From the human T2T-CHM13v2.0 reference genome, Homo sapiens: a DNA stretch of 64,000 bases. Positions 26,915 to 39,935 of the stretch are shown one piece after another (positions within the stretch are counted from its first letter, which is position 1; every line of letters starts with the position of its first letter). Under the pieces are notes generated by a model that was given only the letters and a program-made list of their open reading frames with translations, was not told the DNA's origin and ran no database searches. The translations under genes were made by a program, and so were the position numbers. The stretch lies in the NCBI RefSeq assembly GCF_009914755.1, contig NC_060930.1; one strand, written 5' to 3'.

Positions 26915-27105
26915 ATGTAGAAGGGAAAAAGCCAGGGCTTTGGAATCAGGACCCGGGTTTGAATAAAAGAGCTATGAGATAGTCATGTGGCATCATTAAA
27001 ACAAATTAATTCTCTGAAATTTGGTTTCCCCATCCCTAAATTGGGGAAGTAATATTTTCTCATAAAGTGTGATCTAGATGAATTGGAACTATTTATGCAG
27101 AATAT
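26915..27105 (+). mobile_element. MIR
   Basis: agggctttggaatcaggacccgggtttgaat...tctctgaaatttggtttccccatccctaaattgggga. Confidence 0.75.
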
Positions 27106-28484
27106 ACATCTGTGTCTATTACAAATTTAAACAAAAAAGTAATGAAGCTTTTCTAAGAAAAATTATTAGTGTATCAAACTTGAGTTAGTTTCTCTACATC
27201 AGCTAAATTCTAAAATTATCAAAATCAAGACAAAGTAGCAGTAAAGTACTAGGAAGCTCTCTAAAAAAAGAAGTAAGTCATAATTCACACATGTGCACAC
27301 ACACACACACAGCCTTATATTATGAATGCCAAATAATTGTGATAGGATAAAAGAGAAGATGAGGTTTGATGGGATAAAATTTCTTCTGAAATAATGAGTT
27401 CCCTATCACTGCAAATAAGAAGTAAATATTTTTTTTTAACTGCCAAAGATTTTTAAGAGACATTCTATTTTGGGTTAGATGTTGGAATAGATTATGTTTA
27501 CTATCTCTTCTAAAATCTGAGGTTCCATGATTGTACAAAACCTTAAAAGCTAAGTTTAAACAGTGAGTCAAGTATTTTCAGTTTTCCAAAACTTACTTCA
27601 AAGAAAATGAGTGGACTTCTATAAAAGGCTCAAATGATTTCTTAGAAATCAAATAGCTCTTGCACAAAAACTGTTTGATGACTTAAGTATGAATGAATCC
27701 AAAACATATGGATTAAATTTCTTATGAAATATGATAGGAAAGTAATGCTTAGCAAATTTTCTTTTTTTGGGAGTTGGGGGCTTCTTGTACTAAAATCTTT
27801 GGAAAATTGTTCAAGATGTTTTAATGACCCCAAAATGCATTTGGATTTACTCTGGTCTGCTATAAGCAATTTGAAGCCTTTAATTTCCTTTTTCTATTGT
27901 GTCTGGACAAAGTTCAATTCAATTTTCTACCAGCTGTTGACTCTCTCTGTTTAGTACACTGACTTTTTACTGTTGCTATTTTAAGTATGTTTGCTTGCTT
28001 TACACATTTGGAAAAAATGACTAAAAAGTTTGAACTATTAAATATTTCAAAATATTTGTTGCCACCATTTAAATCTGACCTGCGAAACGTCTCTGTTTGC
28101 CAAAACGTTTGACTTATGAGTATAATTTATATAAGATCAAATTGTAATGAAGAGTTGACAAAGTAGAAGAGCCTACAAACAAATTTCCAGGGGAAGTGCA
28201 GTGTTTGATCTAAATAACATTGGCTTGAGTATTTAATAGAGAGAATGGGAATTTAGAAATAAAAGTGCCATTGGGAAATACCATCATGTTAAAGTAGAAA
28301 CTATGTGTCAGCTACAAATTATGTTGAATAGTATAATGAGATATAGAAATTGAAGATTTTATTAATTGTCAAACCTTTAATTTAAATGTCAATATGATGC
28401 ACTTGATTTACTTAATTATAAAAAACTTTGTTCTAGAAATTTACATCTCTTCCTATAAACTTAAACTGGCATAAAATATTGTTT

Positions 28485-28758
28485 TAATACCAGGACTTTG
28501 GGAAGCTGAGCAGGGAGGATTGCTTGAGCCCAGGAAATTGATACCAGTGTGGGCAACACAGTGAGACATTGTCTTTACTAAAAAAAATAATAATAATAAT
28601 AATAATAAAAATAACCAGGCAAGGTGGCACCTTAACTACTCAGAAGGCTGAGGTGGGAGGATCAATCACTTGGGCACAGGAGGTCCAGGCTGCAGTGAGC
28701 TATGATCATGCCTCTGCACTCCAGCCTGGGCAACACAGCAAGCAAGACCCTGACTCTA
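28485..28758 (+). mobile_element. AluJ (Jo-like), 5'-clipped, with a (TAA)n-expanded linker and no A tail
   Basis: ggaggattgcttgagcccagga; aggctgcagtgagctatgatcatgcc. Confidence 0.9.
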
Positions 28759-29035
28759 TATAGTTTTGGACTATGTTTCCAAAATGATAGCCACCTGCTT
28801 TACAGAATCTCACCAATAATAATTTCCCATAGACCATAGCTCATAATATGCATTATGTGGGACATTTAAATATATTTTGGTTGATTCAACTTGATACCAA
28901 TTTAAATATTGTTACATACAGGTTTCTCAAGATGCAGAAGCAATGTAGATTATGCTGCTAGTGGAAACAAAGCTCATATGCTCATTTGGTTTGAGTAGAT
29001 TCCGAAAACTAATGGCATCATCTAGATTGGTACAA

Positions 29036-29697
29036 TGTCTTAGTTGGCTTGGGCTACCATAACAAAATACCATTTACTAGATGGTATAAGCAACATAAAT
29101 ATGTTTTTCACCGTTGTGGAAGATGGAAGTCTGAGATCAGCATGCCAGCATGATTACATTTTGGTGGGGGCTTTCTTCCTGGCTTGCAGATGGCCACCTC
29201 CTCACAATTCCTCACATAGCAGAAAGAGAGAAGGAGAGTAAACTCCCTGGTGTCTCTTCTTATGAGGGCACTAATTTTTTTTATGAGGATTTCACTCTCA
29301 TAACCTCATTTAATCCTAATTTTCTCCAAAATACTCCATCTCTGAATACCATAACATTGGGGGTTATGTCTATCATATACATTTTTGGAGGAAACAGAAT
29401 TCAGTCCTTAACACTTTTCCCTCACCCCCTTAAATACAGTCCTTAACACTTTTCCCTCACCCCCTTAAATTCTTGGACTTCTAACATATAAAATACAGTC
29501 ATTTCATCCCAATAGCCCTAAAATTCTTAGCTCATCCCAACCCTAAAGTCCAAAGTCTCAACTAAGTGTTATCTAAATTAGATATGGCTTATACTTGAGG
29601 TATGATGCATCCTGAGGCAAAATTCCTCGCTAGCTGTCAATCTGTAAAACCAGATGAGTTATGTGCTTTCAAATATAATGATGGGACAGGCATAAGC
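29036..29697 (-). mobile_element. MLT1A-like MaLR LTR (29036-~29413) plus adjacent internal fragment
   Basis: tgtcttagtt...gggctaccataacaaaatacca...tggaagtctgagatcagcatgccagcatg...attcagtccttaaca, then MaLR-int (aaagtccaaagtctca...tgatgggacaggcata). Confidence 0.85.
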
Positions 29698-30275
29698 TGT
29701 CTCATTCTAGCTTTCAGGATCCCATTTCTTTCCACTTCATGCCCTCACTTTAATTGTAGACACCATTCAAGGCTGGAAGTTCAACTTGAATTGTAATTAA
29801 ACTAGTCACAGAATGAGATTCTGCATTTGACTTTCAGCAATCTCAGCCCTTAATGGAGATAAACGTTTCCTTGAAGGTACACATAGAAGCTTTCAGGTTA
29901 TGTATGTGATGTTTGAGTTGAGAATTCAAATCCCTGAGATCATCCTTTTCTTTTCCCACTTTATTCAGACCATAAGCTCAGCCAGCCCATCTCATTAAAT
30001 TTGTTAGTTTGCAGAAAATGTTCAAAAATATCACATTATACAGTTACCCAGATCTTTGTTTCCTTCAAATGGTTGATTAAGAATTTCTAACAGTGACATC
30101 TTATGTATCTGTATTGCCTGCCATAGACTATCAGTGCTCTCTTTACCACTGGAAATTGAGTTACTGGTATATTTAAATCTAAGCAAATTAAGGAGCCAAT
30201 TTTAGAAACCCCAGAATCAATTCAGAAAATACTCTTAAAATTATGTCCTCTAAAACAGCTCTGGGTACCAAAATA

Positions 30276-30800
30276 TGTATCAGTCAGGAGTCTCCAGAAA
30301 AATAGCACCAATAGGAGATAGATAGATCGATCGATAGATAGATAGATAATAGATAGAGAGATATAAAAATACATATTATAAGAACTTAGCTTACATGTTT
30401 ATGGAGGGTGAGCGATCCCAAGATCTGCGGTTAGCAAGCTGTAGAATCAGGAGAGCCAATGAGGTATAAGTCCCAGTTCAAAAGTTGGCAGGCTCAAGTT
30501 CTAAGAAGAGCAAATGTTTCAGTTTAAGTCTGAAGGGCAGAAAAAATTCCAGCTCAAGCAGCCAGGCAGGAGGAGTTTCCCCTTAATGCAGAAAGGGTTA
30601 ACATTTCTGTTTTATCTAGGTCTTCAATTGATTGGATGAGGTCCATCCACATTAGAGAGCATAATCTTTTTTACTCAGTCTGCTGATGAAAATGTTAACC
30701 TCATCCAAAAAAAACTCACTGACACACACAGAATAATGTTTGACTAAGTATCTGAGCACTCCATGGCCCAATCAAGTTGATGGATAAAATTAACATCACA
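30276..30800 (-). mobile_element. MLT2B-like ERVL solo LTR with an internal (GATA)n tract
   Basis: tgtatcagtcagg...ctccagaaaaatagcaccaatagga...tggcccaatcaagttga...aaaattaacatcaca. Confidence 0.88.
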
Positions 30801-31389
30801 TACTTATTGATCTGCTTATTGAATAGTAGTTGTTTTTAAAAATGACTTCAGTTATATAGCTAAATACATTAATCAGAATACAAATTATTTTAATATGTAC
30901 TAATACTGACCCACATTTAAAGAAACGTTAGACTAAATATCTGGGCACTTCATGGCCCAATGAAGTTGACACATAAAATTAACCATCATATACTTATTGA
31001 GTTGCTTATTGAATAGTAGATTTTTTTAATTATTCAGTTATATAGTTAAATATATTAACCAGAATACAAATTATTTTAGTATATACTAACGCCAGTCTAC
31101 ATAAAAAAATTAATTGGTTTGAGGTCATTCAAAAGATTCAGTTAGACTATACATTCCTCAGTATTTCTTAACTCCTAAAATAGTCTTTTATAGGCAAATA
31201 GGAGGTTAATAAAGAGCCTATCAATAAAGAAAAGGATTTCTCCTCCTTGCAGTCAATTAACAAAGTAGTTAATATGTATCTCAATGTCAGAAAGTGAAGG
31301 GTTAGAATTGTAGTACAAACACTAGACTGTGAAGGCAGGATGTGAGTATTTATTTAGATCTCCTGGGATTCTATCCACTATCCACCTAG

Positions 31390-31850
31390 TCACTTATTCA
31401 CTCATTACCTATTTATGTGCAGAATTATAAGCCAGGCACTGTGATAGGTGTCACAAGCATTGAAACAATGAAAATAAGCTCTTACTCTCTCCAGCTTACC
31501 ATTTAGTAGGAGAGGGTAGACATGTTAACTATAATGATGAAACGCTATGATATTTATATAGAGAAAGTACAATAGGTGCAAAAAGGAGGATGTGTCTAAT
31601 TCTAGTGGAATAGGAAAAGGTGGTTAGGACAGGTCTCAGAGTAACAAATCTTTAAAGATAAGTAGCTATCTACCAAGGGGATGTAAATAAAAGGGGCATT
31701 TCCACCGAGAAAGCAGCTTGGGCAAAGCCACAGATTCGAGACACAGCATATTTTGGGAAATTACATATACTTCAGTACTTCAGCATAGCTAGAACATAAG
31801 CTTATACAAGCATAAATTGTAGCAGAATTATGCTAAAAGAGTACTGAGTC
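31390..31850 (-). mobile_element. L2 3' region
   Basis: ttattcactcatt...tatttat...gccaggcactgtgataggtg...ccagcttaccatttagtaggagag. Confidence 0.75.
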
Positions 31851-31913
31851 AGTTTTTTTGTTTGTTTGTTTGTTTGTTTGATGTCTTGGGTATTCTCTGT
31901 CTTCTTTCTTCCC

Positions 31914-32322
31914 TGGAGTATTACTCAGAAATCTTTGCCCACTCCAAGGTCCTGAAGAGATTCCCCAAGGTCTTAGATTTAAATCTTTAATCCATTTTAA
32001 TCCATTTTGATTTTTTTGTATGGTCAGAGATGGGGTCTATGTCATTCTTCTGCATATGGATATCCAGTTTTCCCAGCACCATTTATTGAAGAGACTGTCC
32101 TTTTCCCAATGTATGTTCTTGTCACTTACATCAAAAATGAGTTCACTGTAGATGTATGGATTTATTTCAGAGTTCTTTATTCTATTTCACTGGCCTATGT
32201 GTCTGTTTTTATGTCAGTACCATGTCATTTTGGTTACTATAGCTCTCTAGTATAATTTGAAGTCAGGTAATATGATTCCTCCTGTTGTGTTTCTTTTACT
32301 TCGGATAGCTTTGGCTATCCTT
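31914..32322 (-). mobile_element. L1MA-type ORF2 internal fragment
   Basis: cattcttctgcatatggatatccagttttcccagcaccatttattgaagagactgtcc...tagtataatttgaagtcaggtaat. Confidence 0.9.
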
Positions 32323-32329
32323 ATGTGTT

Positions 32330-32830
32330 CTCTGTTTTCTTCCAGCTCTGGTCTCTCTCTCAGTGAAGAACATTCCCAGATCCTTTGATATGTCACTTCC
32401 CATATATTTAGCTAATAAGAGGTACCTATGGAAGACTAGAAAGCAGAGAGAGGGGAGAAGCCCAGGAATCTTGCCCTTTCTTTCTCTGCTTTCAATATGC
32501 AATGTCCCTGACAGTAACAGTGTCTCTCTGTGTCTCCAGCTACCACCAGACTACTACTCCTCGCTTCATGGTCCCAGTTGATGCTGGACAGCCTCCACTC
32601 TGGTTCTCGATGTAAAGCTCTGACTTCTGGGCTCTGTCAAGACCACAACCTTCATTGTCCCTCCAGGCCTAAAGGCAATACCTTTTTCCTGCTGTTGTTG
32701 GTCCTTGGATTGACTCACTATTCCCCATTTGGCTCTTCAGTTATCATCTTTACAAATTCCAACACTGAATTTCTTCTGCTATTGAGACATACGTAGTGTG
32801 TGGTTTTTTTGAATGAGTCTTTCCTGATTT
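32330..32830 (+). mobile_element. LTR33-like ERVL LTR
   Basis: gaggggagaagcccaggaat...cattgtccctccaggcctaaagg...ttcctgctgttg resembles the LTR33A/B consensus. Confidence 0.6.
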
Positions 32831-32931
32831 AGGTACTGACAGCCACATCAAAAGTCAAATGGTTCTTCTTTCACAATATGATAGACAAGTAATTTTCTTA
32901 AGTAGTTGTTAAAGACTAAATTAAGATACTG

Positions 32932-35900
32932 ACTCCTGAATGACCAGTGGGTTAATGAATAGATTAAGAAGGGAAATAAATTTCTTGAAACAAATGATAA
33001 TGAAAACACCACACACCAAAACCTATGGGATACAGTAAAAGCCACACTGAGAGAGCAGTGTATAAGTGCCTACATCAAACAAGAAGAGAATTTTGAAATA
33101 AATAACCTTGTGATGCAGCTTAAAGAATTAGAAAAACAAGAGCAAACTCAAACCCAAAATTAGGAGAAGAAAGTAATAAAGATCAGAGCAGAAATAAATG
33201 AAATTGAAATGAAGAAAATAACACACAAGATCAGTGAAACAAAAAGTTGGTTTTTTTTGAAAGATAAGGAAAACTGACAACACTTTAGCCAGACTAACTA
33301 AGAAAAACAAGAGAGAAGATCCACATAAATAATATTAGAGGCTGGGCACAGTGGCTCACGCCTGTAATCTCAGCACTTTGGGAGGCCGAGGTGGGTGAAT
33401 CATGAGGTCAAGAGATCGAGACCATCCTGGCCAACATGGTGAAACCCCGTCTCTACTAAAAATACAAAAATTAGCTGGGCATGGTGGCACGCGTCTGTAG
33501 TCCCAGCTACTTGGGAGGCTGAAGCAGGAGACTCACTTCAACCTAGGAGGCAGAGGTTGCAGTGAGCTGAGATCGCACCATCGCAGTCCAGCCTGGTGAC
33601 AAAGTGAGACTCTATCTCAAAAATAATAATGATATAATAATAATAGAGATGAAAAAGGGAGACATTACAACCAATACCACAGAAATTCAAAGGGTCATTA
33701 GTGGCTACAATAGCAACTGTATGCCAATAAATGTAAAAATCTAGAAGAAATAGATTCCTAGAAACATACAACCTATCAAGATTGAACCATAAAGAAATCC
33801 AAAACTTGAATAGACCACTAACAAGTAATGAAAACAAAGCCGTAATAAAAAGCCTCCCAGAAAAACAAACAAACAACAACAACAAAAAAAACTGGGACCC
33901 AATGCCTTCACTGCTGAATTCTACCAAAGATTTCAAGAAGAACTAATACCAATCCTACTTAAACTATTTTACAAAATAGAGGTGGAGGGTATTCTTCCAA
34001 ATACTTCATTCTATGAGGCCACTATTACCCTGATACCAAAACCAGAGAAAGACACAGCAACGGAAATAAAACTACAGGCCAATATCACTGATGAATATTG
34101 ATGTAAAAATCCTCAACAAGATACTTGCAAACCAAATTCAACAACACATTAAAAAGATTATTTGTCATGACCAAGTGGGATTTATCCCAGGGATACAAGG
34201 ATGGCTAACATATGCAAATCAATCAATGTGAAACATCATATTAGCAGAATGAAGGACAAAACCCTATGATCATTTGAATTGATGCTAAAACAAACATTTG
34301 ATAAAATTCAACATCCCTTCACGATAAAAATTCTCAAAAAACTGGGTACAGAAGGAACATAACTCAGCATCATAAAAGCCACATATGACAGGCCCACAGC
34401 TAGTATCATACTAAATGGGAGAAAACAGAAACCTTTTCCTCTAATATTGAGAACACAACAAGGATGCCCACTTTCACCACTGTTATTCAACATGGTACTG
34501 GAAGTCCCAGCTAGAGAAATCATACAAGAGAAAGAAATAAAGGGCACCCAAATTGGAAAGGAATAAGTCAAATTATCCTTGTTTGCAGATGATATGATCT
34601 TATATTTGGAAAAATCTAAAGACACCACCAAAAAAATCTATTAGAATTGACAAACAAATTCAGTAAAGCTACAGGATCCAAAATTAGAAAAAAAAAATCT
34701 AGTATATAGTAGAATTTCTATATACTAGTAGCAAACAATACGAAAAAGAAATCAAGAAAACTAATTCCATTTATAATAGTTAGAAATAACATAAAATACC
34801 TAGGAATTAACCAAAGAAGTGAACTATCTCTACAATAAATGCTATATAAAATTAATGCAAAAAATTGAAGAGAACCCTCAAAAAATGGAAAGTTATTTCA
34901 TGTTCATAGCTTGGAAAAATGAATATTTTTAAAATGCCCATACTATTAAAGCAATCTACAGATTCAATGCAATCTCTATCAGAATACCAAAAACATTCTT
35001 CACAGAAATAGAAAAAACTATCCTAAAATATATTTGGAACTACGGAAGTCATAGAATAGCTAAAACTATCTTAAATAAAATACATCTACATCTACATACA
35101 TATGTCTACAGTGAACTCAGTTTTGACAAAAGTACCAAGAACATTCCTTGGGGAAAGGACAGTCTCTTCAATCGATGGTGATGGGAAAACTGGATATCCA
35201 TGCACAAAGGAATGAAACTAGATTCCTATTTTTCACAAAACACAAAAGTCAAATCAAAATGGATTAAAGACTTAAATCCAAGGCCTCGAACTATGAAACT
35301 ACTGAAAGAAAACCTTCGGGAAGCTCTTCAGGACATTGGAGTGGGCAAAGATTTCTTGAGTAATACTCCACAAGCACAGGCAACCAAAGCAAATATGGAC
35401 AGATGGGATTACATCAAGTTAAAATACTTCTGCCTAGCAAAGGAAACCATCAACAAAGTGAAGAAACAACCCACAGAATGGGAGAAAATGTTTGCAAACA
35501 ACCTATCTGACAAGGGAGTAATAAACAGAATCCATAAAGAGCTCAATCAAGTCTATAGAAAAAAAACCCTAATAATTCAACTTAAAAATAGGCAACAGAT
35601 CTGATCAGATATTTCTCAAAAAGAGACATACAAATGTCAAACAGGTATAAGAAAGGGTGCTCAGCGTTATTGATCATCAGAGAAATGCAAATCAAAACTA
35701 CAATGAGATATCATCTCATGCCAGTTAAAATTGCTTTTATCCAAAAGACAGGCAATAACAAATGCTAGTGAAGATGTGAAGAAAAGGGAAGGCCTGTCTA
35801 CTGTTGATGGGAGAGCGTAAATTAGCACACTCACTAGGGAGAATAGTTTGGAGGTTCCTCAAAAAATACAATAGCCAAGATTTGGAAGCAACCTAAGTAT

Positions 35901-36432
35901 TCACCAACAGATAAATAGATAAAAAATGTGATAATTTGAACCCAATGGAGCACTATTCAGCCATAAGATTGAGGTCCTGTCATTTGCAACATGGATGAAA
36001 CTGGAGGTCATTATGTTAAGTGAAATAAGCCAGGCACAGAAAGACAAACTTCACATGTTCTCACTTCTTTGTGAAGCTAAAAATTAAAACAATTGAACTC
36101 ATGGAGAGAGTATAGAAGGATAGTGGGGGGTGGAGGCATGTGATGGGCAGGTGGGGATCATTAATGGGTACAAAAAATAGAATGAATAAGACCTAGCATT
36201 TGCTAACACAACAGAGTGATTATAGTCAATAATAATTTAATTGTACATTTAAAAATAACTGAAATAGTATAGTTGGATTACTTGTAACACAAAGGGCAAA
36301 TGTTTGAAGTAATGGATACCCCGATTACCCTGACATGATAATTACACATTGCATGCCTGTGTCAAAATATGCCATGAACCTATAAATGTATATATACACA
36401 TACTATATATGCACATAATTAAAAGTTAAAAA
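32932..36432 (+). mobile_element. 5'-truncated L1 (L1MA2/3-like): ORF2 and 3'UTR, with internal deletions and an AluSc insertion
   Basis: RT motif LFADDMILY encoded near 34579. ORF 35200-35604 translates as L1 ORF2 (KWIKDLN...QPTEWEK). L1MA2-type 3' end (tgtaacacaaagg...gataccc..ttaccctga). Confidence 0.93.
33340..33634 (+). mobile_element. AluSc inserted in the L1
   Basis: Sc diagnostics gtcaagagatcgagaccatcctggccaac and cctggtgac. Degenerate TSD aataatattaga / aataataataga. Confidence 0.9.
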
Positions 36433-37449
36433 CTTGACTAACTTCAATCATTTATATCTACAATGTGAAAAAAATAAAAATAAAAGAACAAGGCCCAATA
36501 TTCTGAGCTTTTTGTCAGTCTTGTCCATGAAGATTTTGTTCCATGAAACATAAAAGCCTGCATCTTTTTCCAAGTTTATTTTATACTGCCATAAGGAAAG
36601 TGAGTGGAATGAGTTGTAGGCTTGACTCAACAGTAGCTCATGATTAAAAGTAGTTTGCCAATAACTCAGGCACATAGTTCAGTTCATTCTGTGCTAGCTC
36701 ACAGCATGCCTAGGGGTTGAAACGGTACCCGGTGTCAATACTTCAACACCTATTTCAGCCTGTTCAGCCAATGCTGTTCCAAGTTGGCACCTCTTCTAAT
36801 ACATCATTGTTACTCCATATCAGAGCAAAATGCCAAGATTTGATAGATGTGATTTAGATGGCGTGAAGGGCACCAATCAAGTAAACATATTGAAAAATTT
36901 TTTAAAATCAATAACACTGACATCCAGCTGTCCCTGAATTCTTATCAGTTGCTGCCTGATACCTCATAGATTTTTCAGTTTTTAGCTGAAGGTTTGATTT
37001 GCTGACAATAGGCTCGGTAATGCCTCTTATCTCTTTAGGAGGGAATTTTAAATTAAGTTCATTTGATTGAAATATAATCCAACATTTCTCATGTGGTGTA
37101 GAACCATAACAGTTATCATTGATTTTGGTAAATATTTATTTAGCATCTAATATCGTGAAGGTACTGAGATGGTAGAGTCTCTGAAGGGGGACTCTTGAGT
37201 TTTTAATACATTGCAATGTAAAACAAATACAGGGCACATGCACTTAAAGAATAAACTTTATTACTTATAAAAGCTAAGAGTGGAAACATTGTTACATGTG
37301 ATAGTCAAATGGATCCCATAAGCAACTTTCAGAATCTGTGCCTACTGACCCAATTATAGCAAGAGTGACTAGTGCTGGCCTCCTCTTTCAGTGAAGTAGG
37401 AACCTCCTTGAGAAGAAAAAATTAAAATGCTTATTCTCTGTGACAACCT

Positions 37450-37709
37450 GAACCCAGGTCATATGTAGATGCCATATATCGGTGTTCTGGCCAACAGCCC
37501 AGCTGAGGTTCCAGATATGAGTGAAGAATCTTTTAAGCTAGCTCTAGCTCCAGCCATTGTCAGAGTGCAAATGCATGAGAGAATCAGAAACACCTAGTTG
37601 AGCCTAATCAACTACTCAAACTATAAAACATTGGAATAGAATAATGGTTGGTATTTTGACCCCTAAGTTTGGGGATATTGTATTATATAAGCAATAGATA
37701 AGTGGATCA
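37450..37709 (+). mobile_element. MLT1H-like MaLR LTR, 3' part
   Basis: ccaacagcccagctgagg...tgcatgagag...ctaagtttgggg...agcaatagataagtggatca. Confidence 0.75.
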
Positions 37710-39638
37710 TCATAGTGGCTATTTTTGTTTTGAATTTTTTTAATTTTCTTTTTTTGGACACAATCATGTGTGATATCTTATTATTGCCTTGTACAAAAGT
37801 GTTCAGTTGTCTTAGATTTCCTATCAAATCCTTCTACTTGTTATTATATACTAGTTAAAAGTGGCTTTTAGTGCTAATTTTCTTCATCTTGCTATTTCTC
37901 ATTTTTCTTTTCCTTGACACCATTAATAGTCATTTTCAACTTGGTACCAAGATGAAGCCACTAGCTAAGTTGGTTCCCTCTTGATAACAATATCAAGATA
38001 TAATTGGGTAGTTTGCTCTGTATTGATTATATGTGAATGTATCAGAAAGTAAATAAGTATTTGTAAGTGATGTTGACTGATTATAATAATCCCATAGATT
38101 TGTGGCATTAAGTGGAGTCACGGTGTTAAAATACCACTTCTTCACAAAAGTTAACCTAGAGCCCGGTAGGTGAATTTGGGAAGGTTTCCACAATATGTAA
38201 AAATGTGATGAAAAATGGACTTAAAATCGTTTCCTAAGTGGAAATCATGGAAAAGAGGGATGTTGTCCATTTTCAACTTTCTCTCTTTAAGTCTATTTGT
38301 GAATCGATTCATCATCATTGGCATCTAACAAGATCGAAGTCAATTAAATCTTCAAAGAAGAATGATAAGCCTTCTTTCCCAAAAGTTACAAGTCAGCATC
38401 AAATGTCAAAAGTGACTATGAAATGTAATGAAGTGAAAGGAAATAGTATGATCTGTCAGTTTACAATAATTTGTAGGTGACAGCTTGGCTCTGTTTATTG
38501 TCCAAATGGGAAGACAATACTCTCTTCCTTTTTCTTTCTTGTAGGCTTTCTGTCTGTGGGTGTTACATATTTTTCCCTTCTTCAACTAACCGTGTCTGAG
38601 CAGGACAGCTGACCTTCAAAAGTAAATATGATTAAAGCTGAACAAATCAGGTAATTACAATAAAAACATGGTTTGACAAGCAACCTCTGGACAGAATTAT
38701 AGTTCCATATACACACTACACATTCAATTAAAGTGATTAGAAATGAAGAAACTAATGTCTTCACCTAAGACTTTTAAGGTGCCAATGATCTCCCTTCCAC
38801 AACGGATTAGAGAAGAAATCAGAAGGAATGGAAATATGCAATGTGTTTATGCAGGCTTGCTTCCCTTACAGGTGAAGGGCATTCTTAGAGCCTCAGTGTG
38901 CATTGTAATTTTAAATAATTTTTATTGTTTCATATTCTAATTTCTTATTCAAATACAAATATGATATGTTAATGATCTATAATTACATAAGATTTTCTAC
39001 TATGCATCTATGAGTTTATCTTATATAGGTATTGTACCATGTTTCTATAAATATAACCATACATTCTACCATTTTGGCTAATGCCAAATAGATTGTTGAC
39101 AGAATCAAGTTTGTGTACGGACATCAGAGAAAATCTAACTGTCCTTTTTTAAATTACACAGTAATAATGTCCTAATAAATGAGCCAACTGAAACTGACTT
39201 TATAATTTTATTTTGCCATACTTAACATTTTAGTTTTGTTACTTTTATTTTTTTTCTTTTCTTCATGAACGAGCATAATGGAAAAAATATATTTAACTGA
39301 AATTTCATTTTGACAATTTAAGGTTGTATCAACACAGGAAAATAGAATCAAACCATGTAATTTAATTCCCTTAATTCAACATCAGCAATTGTTATTGCAT
39401 TTGAAAAGGAAATTTTGTATTTTGTCTGGATACTGTTATTATAACTTCACATTGTGCAAAGTCATTGTATATTCCTAAATATTCATGCTATACTGGTGCA
39501 GTCATAGGGGCATTCCTTTCAAAAACAGGTTGAGCAGATTGAGGTCATGGTAATGATAATATGGACTTTAATTAGATGGTCCTAAGTACAAATCAGGGGA
39601 TTATTCTGGTTTATAAGTGAACCATCCCAAGATTCACA

Positions 39639-39935
39639 TTTTTTTCCCCAAAGACTGGGTCTTCTTGCTCTGCTGTCCAGGCTGGAGTGCAGTGGCCTGA
39701 TTATAGCTCACTGCAGCCTCCAACTCCTGGGCCCAAGTGATCCTCCCATCTCAGCCTCCCAAGGAGCTAGGACTATAGGTATGCACCACCATGCCTGGCT
39801 AATGTTTTTATGTTTTGAAGAGTTGGAGTCTTGCTATGTTGTCCAGGCTTGTCTCAAATTCTTGGCCTCAAGTGATCCTCCCACCTGGGCCTTCCAAAGT
39901 GCTAGGATTACAGGTATGAGTTCCTATGCTTGACC
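39639..39935 (-). mobile_element. AluJ
   Basis: Reverse dimeric Alu with J features. TSD core AAGATTCA at 39629-36 and 39936-43. Confidence 0.92.

Noticed and set aside
35200-35604. 134-aa ORF with clear protein-like sequence
   Set aside because: It is an L1 ORF2 C-terminal remnant in a frameshifted, deleted L1MA, not a host gene
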